Of a DNA stretch of 64,000 bases, positions 18,646 to 26,800 are shown in pieces; position 1 is the first letter of the stretch; every line of letters starts with the position of its first letter. The stretch is taken from the IMG/VR virus record IMGVR_UViG_3300033062_002302. One strand, written 5' to 3'. A program made the position numbers and the translations under genes. The notes below the pieces were generated by a model, which was not told the origin of the DNA, made no database searches, and saw nothing but the letters and a program-made list of their open reading frames with translations. Source of the stretch: a virus. Taxonomy: Duplodnaviria > Caudoviricetes.

Positions 18646-18909
18646 ATGAAAAACGGTATCATCATAAATGAGTGGAACGAAAAACTTTATTTTGTAAATG
18701 ACCTATTGCATAGGGATGATGGTCCGGCATTTGAAAGTGGTTCTAGAAATAGTAAAGAATGGTACCAACATGGGCTGCTTCATAGATTAGACGGTCCCGC
18801 TATTGAATGGTATTTTGGAGATAAAGTTTGGTTCTTTCATGGTAAAAGTATAAATTGCAAGTCTCAAGAGGAATTCAAAGAGCAAATTAAATTAGCAATG
18901 TTTTGGTAA
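18646..18909 (+). CDS. HRxDGPA-repeat family protein, copy 9
   Basis: 2 repeats; KLAMFW tail. Confidence 0.85.
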   Translation: MKNGIIINEWNEKLYFVNDLLHRDDGPAFESGSRNSKEWYQHGLLHRLDGPAIEWYFGDKVWFFHGKSINCKSQEEFKEQIKLAMFW

Positions 18910-18914
18910 ATGAT

Positions 18915-19241
18915 ATGATAAATGGCTTATTTATAGATGAGTATGGTAATAAAAGATATTGGCTAAATGGCGAATTACACCGAGAAGGCGGACCCGCCAT
19001 TGAATACGCTAATGGAAATGAAGTTTGGTTTCAAAACGGAAAACGTCACAGAATAGGTGGTCCTGCCGTCACATATTTTGGAAATAAAGAGTGGCATCAA
19101 AATGGTTTCTACCATAGGTTAGATGGACCCGCCATTGAACATGGTCATGGATATAAGTGTTGGTATTTTCATGGCAAACAAATAATTTGTAAAACTCAAG
19201 AAGAATTTGAAGAGCAAATTAAGTTAGCAATGTTTTGGTAA
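18915..19241 (+). CDS. HRxDGPA-repeat family protein, copy 10
   Basis: 3 repeats; KLAMFW tail. Confidence 0.85.
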   Translation: MINGLFIDEYGNKRYWLNGELHREGGPAIEYANGNEVWFQNGKRHRIGGPAVTYFGNKEWHQNGFYHRLDGPAIEHGHGYKCWYFHGKQIICKTQEEFEEQIKLAMFW

Positions 19242-19246
19242 TTGAT

Positions 19247-19513
19247 ATGAAAAACGGTCTAGAACTAGATAATTTGGGAAATAAAAGATATTTTCTAAAT
19301 GATAAATTGCATCGAGAAGATGGTCCAGCCGCAGAATTTGTTTCCGGCACCAAATTTTGGTATCAAAATAATCAACGTCATAGATTAGATGGTCCTGCTA
19401 TTGAATGTTCGAATGGAGATAAATTTTGGTTTATTAATGATGAAAGAATATTTTGTGATTCTCAGGAAGAGTTCTTAGCTATGACTAATCCTAAATTAGG
19501 GATGTTTTGGTAA
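19247..19513 (+). CDS. HRxDGPA-repeat family protein, copy 11 (LAMTNPKLGMFW tail)
   Basis: 2 repeats; extended tail. Confidence 0.85.
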   Translation: MKNGLELDNLGNKRYFLNDKLHREDGPAAEFVSGTKFWYQNNQRHRLDGPAIECSNGDKFWFINDERIFCDSQEEFLAMTNPKLGMFW

Positions 19514-19518
19514 TTAAT

Positions 19519-19797
19519 ATGAAAAAGCATTTGTTATTATTTTTATTGGCTGTTGGATGCAACAATTCTCCTCCTAAAATAGAGGAACGTGAAATTCCAA
19601 TTTTATTCTACAAACACGAAGCGTCTAATTTATGCTTTGCTTTTGTTTCAGTTAAAGATTCTAGATTAATTTCATTGGCAGAAGATATAGAAAATCGTAG
19701 ACTCATAAATATTCCTTGCACTCCTGAAGTAGAAAAATTAATAGATAATCCTAAGGCTCGATGTCATTATTTTAATCATATGCGTGAATGTCAATGA
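19519..19797 (+). CDS. putative lipoprotein
   Basis: MKKHLLLFLLAVGC signal peptide with lipobox. Confidence 0.65.
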   Translation: MKKHLLLFLLAVGCNNSPPKIEEREIPILFYKHEASNLCFAFVSVKDSRLISLAEDIENRRLINIPCTPEVEKLIDNPKARCHYFNHMRECQ

Positions 19798-20210
19798 TTA
19801 ATAAAATTAAAGAAGCCGTTGTTGCCCTTATCATCCAAGATGGTCTAATCCTTAGCATTTCACGTCGAAATGACAAGACTAAATTTGGTCTCATTGGCGG
19901 CAAGGTCGATCCAGGCGAAACTTTAATTGAAGCTTTAATTCGAGAAACTAAAGAAGAATCATCCGTTCTCATTAAAGATCACGTTTTCTTGTATGAAAGA
20001 ATTGAGCCTGGAGGTCCGGATGGGATTGACTTTTTTAGTCGATGCTACTATATTTCAGATTGGTCAGGCGTTCCCGCTTCTCTTGAAGAAGGCGAAGTCA
20101 CTTGGTTAACCGAAGAAGAATTAACCTCAACTAAAGCCGCATTCCCAGAATTTAATAAAAGAGCCTTGGAGGTTTTTAAATTAAAATTTCCAAAAATATT
20201 GCTTAAATAG
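19788..20210 (+). CDS. NUDIX hydrolase
   Basis: GGKVDPGETLIEALIRETKEES Nudix box. Confidence 0.9.
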   Translation: MSMINKIKEAVVALIIQDGLILSISRRNDKTKFGLIGGKVDPGETLIEALIRETKEESSVLIKDHVFLYERIEPGGPDGIDFFSRCYYISDWSGVPASLEEGEVTWLTEEELTSTKAAFPEFNKRALEVFKLKFPKILLK

Positions 20211-20267
20211 CAGTAAAAGCAATCTATTATAATTTAATTACATTTTTGCGCCAAATAGAAGTCTTGC

Positions 20268-20528
20268 ATGAGAAATGGGTTAATCATCAATAAATCTGGA
20301 AATAAATGTTATTATCTAAATAATAAGCTTCATCGAGAAGACGGTCCAGCCGTTGAATATTCTAATGGAGACAAAATATGGCTTCAGAACGGTCTCTATC
20401 ATAGATTAGACGGTCCTGCCGTTGAATACGCTGACGGAGACGTTTCTTGGTATTTTCATGATAAATATATACACTGTATCTCTCAAGAAGAATTTGAAGA
20501 ACAAATTAAGTTGGCGATGTTTTGGTGA
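20268..20528 (+). CDS. HRxDGPA-repeat family protein, copy 12
   Basis: 2 repeats; KLAMFW tail. Confidence 0.85.
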   Translation: MRNGLIINKSGNKCYYLNNKLHREDGPAVEYSNGDKIWLQNGLYHRLDGPAVEYADGDVSWYFHDKYIHCISQEEFEEQIKLAMFW

Positions 20529-20533
20529 CTATT

Positions 20534-20869
20534 ATGAGAGTTAAAAATGGATTAATTCTAGACCATCTTGGAAATAAAAGATATTATTTGAATGATGAAT
20601 TTCATAGAGAAGACGGTCCTGCCATTATTTTTACTAATGGAGAAAAACATTGGTATCAACATCATTTACTTCATCGAGAAGATGGTCCCGCCATTGAATA
20701 TGCGAGCGGAGCCAAATTTTGGTATCAACATGGTAATTTTCATAGAATAGATGGACCTGCCATTGAACGTGTTAATGGAGATAAATTTTGGTATTTTCAT
20801 GGCAAACAAATAGATTGTAAATCTCAAGAAGAATTTGAAGACAAAATTAAATTAGCGATGTTTTGGTAG
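20534..20869 (+). CDS. HRxDGPA-repeat family protein, copy 13
   Basis: 3 repeats; KLAMFW tail; TAG stop. Confidence 0.85.
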   Translation: MRVKNGLILDHLGNKRYYLNDEFHREDGPAIIFTNGEKHWYQHHLLHREDGPAIEYASGAKFWYQHGNFHRIDGPAIERVNGDKFWYFHGKQIDCKSQEEFEDKIKLAMFW

Positions 20870-20875
20870 CATGAT

Positions 20876-21205
20876 ATGAAAAATGGTCTAATTATAGATG
20901 AGTATGGTACTAAAAAATATTATTTAAATAATCGATTGCATAGAAAAGATGGTCCTGCTATTGAATATACTAATGGAGATAAAGAATGGTATCAATATGG
21001 AAAACGTCATAGACTAAATCTTCCAGCAGCAGACGTTGTCATGTTTGGTAAAGTTTGGGCTAAAAGAGGCAAAATTCATCGTCTTGATGGTCCAGCTGTT
21101 GAATATTCTAATGGTCATAGAGAATGGTATTTTCATGGTAAACGTATAGAATGTAAATCTCAAGAAGAATTTCAAGAGCTTATTAAGCTAATTTATTTTT
21201 GGTGA
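20876..21205 (+). CDS. HRxDGPA-repeat family protein, copy 14 (KLIYFW tail)
   Basis: 3 repeats, the middle one degenerate. Confidence 0.85.
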   Translation: MKNGLIIDEYGTKKYYLNNRLHRKDGPAIEYTNGDKEWYQYGKRHRLNLPAADVVMFGKVWAKRGKIHRLDGPAVEYSNGHREWYFHGKRIECKSQEEFQELIKLIYFW

Positions 21206-21235
21206 TTCTGAATATATAAAGTTATATACCAGTTT

Positions 21236-21958
21236 ATGGTATCTAATAAGTCTGGAGTCATTCTCGCTGGTGGGCATGGAACACGTTTACTTCCTTTAAC
21301 TAAAGCTCTTAATAAATCACTTCTTAATTTAAATGGGAAAGCCGTAATTGATTATCCTTTAAATACCCTAAAGCAAATGGGTATTGAAAATGTAACAATT
21401 GTTCTTGGTGGAGAACATTTCGAACAAGTCGTAAACTATTTAGAAGATGGCGAGCGATATGGAATGAATCTAACGTATAAATATCAGGGGGCTCCGTCTG
21501 GGATTTCTCACGCGCTTAATCTTTGTAAAAACACTATTACGACCGAACAATTTGTTTGTTGCCTAGGTGATAACCTGTTCGAAAATCCCGTAAATTTTAC
21601 TCAATCTTCAGGTGCCCAAATCGCTCTCCATAAGCACCCAGAATTAACTCGTTTTGGAGTTGCCTCGATTAAAGATGATAAAATCTTCAAAATAGAAGAA
21701 AAGCCAAAAACTTTAGATCCTAATTTTGATAATTATGCTGTAACAGGCTGTTACCTTTTCGATCAGAAATTCTTTGAATATTTTAAAGAATCTAAAAAAT
21801 CTCAGAGAGGTGAATTCGAAATTTCTGATATTATTTCGAGATATCTTGCTGATGGAACCTTAAGTCATACTTATGTCTCTGGGGAATGGCTTGATTCTGG
21901 GACTCATGAATCTATGGCTTACGCTAATAATTTTTATTATCAAAAATCTCAAAAATGA
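21236..21958 (+). CDS. rmlA: glucose-1-phosphate thymidylyltransferase-like
   Basis: GVILAGGHGTRLLPLT, LGDN, EEKP, RGEFEI, WLDSGT. Confidence 0.85.
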   Translation: MVSNKSGVILAGGHGTRLLPLTKALNKSLLNLNGKAVIDYPLNTLKQMGIENVTIVLGGEHFEQVVNYLEDGERYGMNLTYKYQGAPSGISHALNLCKNTITTEQFVCCLGDNLFENPVNFTQSSGAQIALHKHPELTRFGVASIKDDKIFKIEEKPKTLDPNFDNYAVTGCYLFDQKFFEYFKESKKSQRGEFEISDIISRYLADGTLSHTYVSGEWLDSGTHESMAYANNFYYQKSQK

Positions 21959-22854
21959 ATATATTAACTCTCGGTAATGGCTTTGTCGCCTCTCATCTTC
22001 CTTATCCAATTGTTAAAGAACGAATTCCTCTTCTTGAAGAAGAAGAAATAGAAAAGCTCTTTTTAAAATACACTCCTGATGTCATTGTTAATACCATTGG
22101 CTATTGTGGAGTCCCTAATATAGATTCATGCGAAAATGAAAAAGTTAAAACTTTTATTGCCAATACAACAATTCCAACTCTCTTAGCCTCTGTAACAGAA
22201 AAGCTCGGAATTAAGATGATTCATATTGGTTCAGGTTGTATTTTTAGCGGACCTTCACCTTCCTTTATTGATCAACAAAATGAGAGAAATCGTTATTTTG
22301 ATAATTCTGAATATGTTGATTTGTTAGAGCATTATGATTCGGGATGGTTAGAAGAGGATGACGCTAATCCTAAATCTTATTATTCTAAAACTAAATGGGC
22401 AACAGACCTTGCCATTGGCAGTCTTCCTCATGTCACGACCCTTCGAATTAGGATGCCTATTTCTTCTAAAAATACTCCAAGAAACTTTATCAACAAAGTT
22501 CGAAATTATTCAAAGGTTATTGATATTCCAAATTCTATGACTTTAATGGATGATTTAGTTCGAGCCGTTGACTTCTTCGCTCATAAGAATTTGCCTGGGA
22601 TTTATCATGTTGTTAATCCTGAGCCTATTACGGCGGCACAAGTCATGCGAGAATATCAAAAATATCATCCTGAGCATCAGTTTGAAGTTATAGATGAGTC
22701 TGAATTAGATAACTTGACAGTAGCCAAACGCTCTAATTGCCTTTTAAACGGCGATAAGTTGTCGAGAGCACGCTTTACCATGACGCCCTCTAAAGAGGCA
22801 TTAGAAACGTGTATGAAGCAATACGTACAGAATATGGAGATTGATGGCAAATAG
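21955..22854 (+). CDS. NDP-4-keto-6-deoxysugar reductase/epimerase (RmlD/UER-like SDR)
   Basis: LGNGFVA, PNIDSCE, GSGCIF, YSKTK (YxxxK), LRIRMP. Confidence 0.75.
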   Translation: MNILTLGNGFVASHLPYPIVKERIPLLEEEEIEKLFLKYTPDVIVNTIGYCGVPNIDSCENEKVKTFIANTTIPTLLASVTEKLGIKMIHIGSGCIFSGPSPSFIDQQNERNRYFDNSEYVDLLEHYDSGWLEEDDANPKSYYSKTKWATDLAIGSLPHVTTLRIRMPISSKNTPRNFINKVRNYSKVIDIPNSMTLMDDLVRAVDFFAHKNLPGIYHVVNPEPITAAQVMREYQKYHPEHQFEVIDESELDNLTVAKRSNCLLNGDKLSRARFTMTPSKEALETCMKQYVQNMEIDGK

Positions 22855-23041
22855 TAATTTAAAGGTTGACCTTTACCCACGTAAGGATTCACATAAAAAC
22901 ACTTATTATGTTGGCAAATTAAAATTTGATGGAAATATTAGATTTGAAAACGGAATTACTTTTCTCGTTTTCATTTCAGATGATGGAAATGAACAACTCC
23001 AAATTACTCAAATGGATCAAGATGAAAAGGGGTCCGTATGA
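22844..23041 (+). CDS. hypothetical protein
   Basis: GGAG RBS; coupled ORF. Confidence 0.55.
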   Translation: MANSNLKVDLYPRKDSHKNTYYVGKLKFDGNIRFENGITFLVFISDDGNEQLQITQMDQDEKGSV

Positions 23042-23313
23042 CCAAAAGCTTTTCCGAACTCTGGGAAGAGTCAGAGCAATTGCAAAAAGATTCCATCGTC
23101 AATTCTACACCAACATCCATCATCGATGAACTTTGCGCTAAATTAAGCATTTACAAAGTTCTTGACTCTAATATGAAATTAGATGAGCAAGAAAAGAAAA
23201 AACTAAAATTTCACACATTTGGTAAAATCTTAGTTTCTTTAACTCAATTATCTTTGATTGATGATATTAATACTTTTACAGCCTTAAAACGAGAAGTTGA
23301 ATCAGAGCCTTAA
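23038..23313 (+). CDS. hypothetical protein, weakly MazG-like helical
   Basis: FGKILVSLTQLS..DINTFTALK resembles a MazG C-terminal helix. Confidence 0.4.
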   Translation: MTKSFSELWEESEQLQKDSIVNSTPTSIIDELCAKLSIYKVLDSNMKLDEQEKKKLKFHTFGKILVSLTQLSLIDDINTFTALKREVESEP

Positions 23314-23660
23314 ACAAAATTAGGTGGAAATAGCGGTTTGGCTTCACCAAAACAAGAGGCTAACTTATACTTAGTTCCAGCTAATGCTGATTCTAAATCA
23401 GATTTAACAATCTCTTGAAGATTAGATAAGTCTTGATTTGGATTTTTATTTAGCAATTTTTCAAAAGTTAAATCTATATTATAAGAGGCATCGATATTTT
23501 GCCCATTTATTTCTAGATATAAGGCTCCCTTAAGATAAGGGGTTTTCTCATTCAATTTCTGATATAAATCTGGCGGCAATTGGCTTATCGCTTGAGCTAA
23601 TTTATTTATTATAAATTGCTGCTTCTTGACAAGACTAACAAGCCGAGCTATTTTGTTCAT
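23310..23660 (-). CDS. hypothetical protein (paralog of 23657-24013; KLAQ motif)
   Basis: Shared VKKQQ, LKGAL.LE..GQ, LAGT.Y, PNFV. Confidence 0.65.
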   Translation of the reverse strand: MNKIARLVSLVKKQQFIINKLAQAISQLPPDLYQKLNEKTPYLKGALYLEINGQNIDASYNIDLTFEKLLNKNPNQDLSNLQEIVKSDLESALAGTKYKLASCFGEAKPLFPPNFV

Positions 23661-24013
23661 ACGAAATTGGGCTGCCATTGTGGATTAAATTCGCCAATGC
23701 AACCGACAACCTGATATTCGGTTCCGGCAAGAGCCGCTTCAACCGCCTGCTTAACTTTGGTCGCTCCAATTCTAACCATATCCGCATTATATCGAACGCT
23801 AACCGTTTGACCCTTGACCTCTAAATTAAGGGCTCCTTTTAAAGTCGGAGCGCCAACAGCTAATGCTGAGGCTAAGTCAGCGGGAAGATTTGAAACTGGA
23901 CCACCAGCCGCATCGTTAGAATCAACCAAATCCAAAGACTCTGCCATCTTTTGAATAAGTTTTTGCTGTTTCTTAACGATGCTGGCTAGTTTATTTACTA
24001 ATTCTTTACTCAT
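23657..24013 (-). CDS. hypothetical protein (tandem paralog)
   Basis: GAGG RBS; similarity to 23310-23660. Confidence 0.65.
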   Translation of the reverse strand: MSKELVNKLASIVKKQQKLIQKMAESLDLVDSNDAAGGPVSNLPADLASALAVGAPTLKGALNLEVKGQTVSVRYNADMVRIGATKVKQAVEAALAGTEYQVVGCIGEFNPQWQPNFV

Positions 24014-24055
24014 GATGAACCTCTTGTTATTTCTCTATTTAATAGTCTCGTAAAA

Positions 24056-24496
24056 TTATTTTAATGCCTGATTAAGCAAATAGCTTGATTCTTCCTGCTT
24101 ATTTGCTAAATTCATGATTAAATCGTCTAACCCCAATGTCATCTTATTCTCAGATTCCAAATAATCATAAAACTGTTTTGATAATTTGATAAAGTCAGCG
24201 ACTATCGCCAATGACATTTTAATTGGATTTCCTTCATATTTCGCATAGTTAGCACCGATTTTTCCAATTAATTCAAATTGCTTGACGTAATCAAAAGCGC
24301 TTTCTCCAAACAACCCAATCATCTTCTCGGCAGCTATATCGGCATCTTCTGACGCTTGTTTGTATAATCTTTCAAAAAGCAAATGATCGCCATAAAAAGT
24401 TAAACCTTTTGTGGTCCAATGACCATGCTGATGAATTAAGTATAAACTTCGCAATGATGCAATATAAAGATTTGTTAATTCAAATAATTTTTCCAT
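24056..24496 (-). CDS. dps: Dps/ferritin-like protein
   Basis: HWTTKG..FYGDHLLFERLY..D..AEK ferroxidase signature. Confidence 0.75.
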   Translation of the reverse strand: MEKLFELTNLYIASLRSLYLIHQHGHWTTKGLTFYGDHLLFERLYKQASEDADIAAEKMIGLFGESAFDYVKQFELIGKIGANYAKYEGNPIKMSLAIVADFIKLSKQFYDYLESENKMTLGLDDLIMNLANKQEESSYLLNQALK

Positions 24497-24798
24497 ACTG
24501 ATTCCAATATATCAATGCCTAAATATTATCCTCGTCTATTAAATTTTAATGAGATAAATTAGACATTTTTCATAACCTAAAACCAAATATATTATTGTTC
24601 TTAACCATTTGAAATTAATGACTAATTATGATATTTTATTTTAAATCTCAGTATTTGAATCCGGATGGCAGTCTAGTCCTCCTAAATCAATTTTAAACAA
24701 TCCCATTTATCGTTCGGCGGTCAGTTATCGTGAAGGGCTTCAAAATTTGTTAGAAATTGATTTAGACTACCTTGTTTGTGGTCCGAAGTTCAGATCAT

Positions 24799-24926
24799 CC
24801 CTTCAGAGACCGGCGCAAACCAGATTTGGTTCAAAATGGGTCAAAAACGGTCCATTTTCGGTCGAGGTAGATCTCGACAAATGTATGAAGGGGATATATA
24901 AAAGGGGATGTAGATCTCTGTCTCCT
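24799..24926. other. GC-enriched multi-hairpin element in the divergent intergenic region
   Basis: Three adjacent hairpins enclosed by CCCTTCA/TGAAGGG, plus a fourth hairpin. Confidence 0.4.
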
Positions 24927-24946
24927 CCCAGGACCTTAGGTATTAG

Positions 24947-25282
24947 ATGAAACACCATAAAAGAATAAAAGTATTCTACTATAAGAACTTGTCACACAGT
25001 GATATGGTCAAGATAATTAATAAGAGATATCCTATTAAGCTAAAAGAACTAGAAGGCGTAATAGATAGCGTTCATATTAGATATCCTTTTCTATCCAAAA
25101 CAGAAATATCTATTATAGTCAAAACATTCTTTGAAATGATTAGAGAGAACCTGATATTAGGATCTATTATTAATTTTAACAAGTATTTTTTTGACATGAA
25201 GTTTTTCTTTAGTCAATGGAATAAAAGAACAAGATTAACAGTAAAAGTAACACCTCCTCCATTTATAAGAGAATTAGAATGA
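24947..25282 (+). CDS. HU/IHF-like DNA-binding protein (divergent)
   Basis: YPFLSKTEISIIVKTFFEMIRENLILG helix pattern. Confidence 0.5.
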   Translation: MKHHKRIKVFYYKNLSHSDMVKIINKRYPIKLKELEGVIDSVHIRYPFLSKTEISIIVKTFFEMIRENLILGSIINFNKYFFDMKFFFSQWNKRTRLTVKVTPPPFIRELE

Positions 25283-25539
25283 ATGAACAAGAAGATTTAA
25301 CATTATTCAGCTCAGACAGATTGGCTGAAATAATTGTTGCATATAGATATTTTGGTCTAAATAAAGAATTATCCATTTTAGCAATGGAAGAATTATCCAG
25401 AAGAAGAGTAAATGGAGATCCATATGATTTTGAATCATTTATTGATAAAAGTCTGAAGGATCTTCCTGTAATAGATTTGAAAGTTGAAAGTATAGATAAA
25501 ATACTTAAATCATTAAAGAAGGTTAAGAATGGGTTCTAA
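25279..25539 (+). CDS. hypothetical protein
   Basis: coupled ORF. Confidence 0.6.
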   Translation: MNEQEDLTLFSSDRLAEIIVAYRYFGLNKELSILAMEELSRRRVNGDPYDFESFIDKSLKDLPVIDLKVESIDKILKSLKKVKNGF

Positions 25540-26032
25540 ATTAACAGACGAAATTATCATTCACATTTTATCTAATTTAGGAGTCTTAGAAGCAAGCCGG
25601 ACTTCGATTAGAACCTCGGATTTTTTATTGAGAGAAATGATAGAGTTAGAGGAAGATAATCAAGATAAAAATCTTAAATTATGGGGCGCCGAAACGCAGG
25701 TTGATAATTCCAAATTAAAGCTAATATTGACCGAAATCAATCATGAAAACGAAAAAGAATATATTTTATTGTCTAAATTAGATGATTGTCCTAGTTATGG
25801 ATGTTATTTACTTAAAGATTCTGATAATTTAAAAGATGGAACAATCTTATTTTCATTAAAGAATTGTGAATGGTTAGCAACTAATATCTATTTACAAGCA
25901 ACCTTTTTATCTGGAATGGAACAGTTAAAAGAAAGTTTATTATCCTGGAATAGGTTATCAGAACCTAAAAAATTAATATTAGAGATGAGATCTTTAATAG
26001 ATTACCTCTTTATGGTTAAAGATGAAGGGTAA
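25529..26032 (+). CDS. hypothetical protein
   Basis: coupled ORF. Confidence 0.6.
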   Translation: MGSKLTDEIIIHILSNLGVLEASRTSIRTSDFLLREMIELEEDNQDKNLKLWGAETQVDNSKLKLILTEINHENEKEYILLSKLDDCPSYGCYLLKDSDNLKDGTILFSLKNCEWLATNIYLQATFLSGMEQLKESLLSWNRLSEPKKLILEMRSLIDYLFMVKDEG

Positions 26033-26459
26033 GAAATTAGATAATAATTTCATTGCTAATTTTATTATAAATTGTTCAAAATCTAATATTATTAGCAAAG
26101 AAGATATTTTAAATAAGGCTCGTGAAGAAATTGAATTAATTGATTTTCAATTAAAGAAAATTTTAGAGATTAAAAAGCGAAGATCGAAGCTAGTTGATGT
26201 CGTCGAATCTTTTAAAATAAAAAAAGACAAAACGCAGGATAAATTATATTTAGGATTTTTTGGGATCTCCAACTTAAATTTGGCAAAAATGATCTGCGAT
26301 TCGCTTCCCTTTTTGATTGGAGAATCTTTTGGAGAGGATCTGACTTCTAAAATTGGAAAAGAATTATGCGATCAAAAAATCTTAAAATTGCAAGAAATTA
26401 ACTTGGTCCGCGACGAAAATTTTGAGTATTTTATGGAATTTCTTGAGGAACACAAATGA
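26022..26459 (+). CDS. hypothetical protein
   Basis: coupled ORF. Confidence 0.6.
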   Translation: MKGKKLDNNFIANFIINCSKSNIISKEDILNKAREEIELIDFQLKKILEIKKRRSKLVDVVESFKIKKDKTQDKLYLGFFGISNLNLAKMICDSLPFLIGESFGEDLTSKIGKELCDQKILKLQEINLVRDENFEYFMEFLEEHK

Positions 26460-26800
26460 ATAAAAAAGGCAAAAGTATTGACCGTCAAAAGTTTATTCGA
26501 GCTATTAGCAAAAGATTAAAACATCAAGTTGCATGGAATCATGTCTTAGGGGTTTCCAATATCTTATTAGATCAATTTATGGATAAGTTAATTGAGGAAA
26601 GATCTTTTAAAATTGGCAATTTTGGTTCTTTTTTTATCAGGAAGATGAAAGATAGAAGGCATAAAGATATTTTTCACAATAAAATTGTTATTTCAAAGGG
26701 AAAAAATATGATGAGGTTTACCCTGGAGAAAAAAGTTCGCGATTTATTAATCAATCACCTGGACCTTGCGGAAACCTTCCCGCCGACCGATAATGAATAA
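26456..26800 (+). CDS. HU/IHF family DNA-binding protein
   Basis: FKIGNFGSF..R..K.R..K..F HU arm motif. Confidence 0.7.
   Translation: MNKKGKSIDRQKFIRAISKRLKHQVAWNHVLGVSNILLDQFMDKLIEERSFKIGNFGSFFIRKMKDRRHKDIFHNKIVISKGKNMMRFTLEKKVRDLLINHLDLAETFPPTDNE

Larger units (their letters stand above)
344..21205 (+). repeat. dispersed 14-copy paralog family in four tandem clusters (344-942, 12313-13866, 18380-19513, 20268-21205)
   Basis: Shared 3' DNA consensus TCTCAAGAAGAATTTGAAGAACAAATTAAGTTAGCAATGTTTTGGTRA and internal CATAGATTAGATGGACC-like units. Confidence 0.9.

Noticed and set aside
667-20533. TTG starts giving MVI/MVN N-termini for repeat copies and followers
   Set aside because: These arise from the conserved TTTTGGT tail of the upstream copy; the ATG 5 nt after the stop aligns with the family N-terminus.
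344-21205. Diversity-generating retroelement acting on the repeat family
   Set aside because: No reverse transcriptase or non-coding template repeat in the window. Differences between copies include many C/T and synonymous changes and indels, not adenine-specific substitutions.
12313-21205. CRISPR array or integron cassette array
   Set aside because: The repeats are protein-coding and degenerate, not identical repeats with unique spacers. No attC-like palindromes, integrase or cas operon; the Cas4-like nuclease at 46913 is a typical stand-alone phage gene.
24747-24950. 67-aa ORF in the track
   Set aside because: TTG start without an RBS, atypical composition, and it overlaps the hairpin cluster; not called as a CDS.
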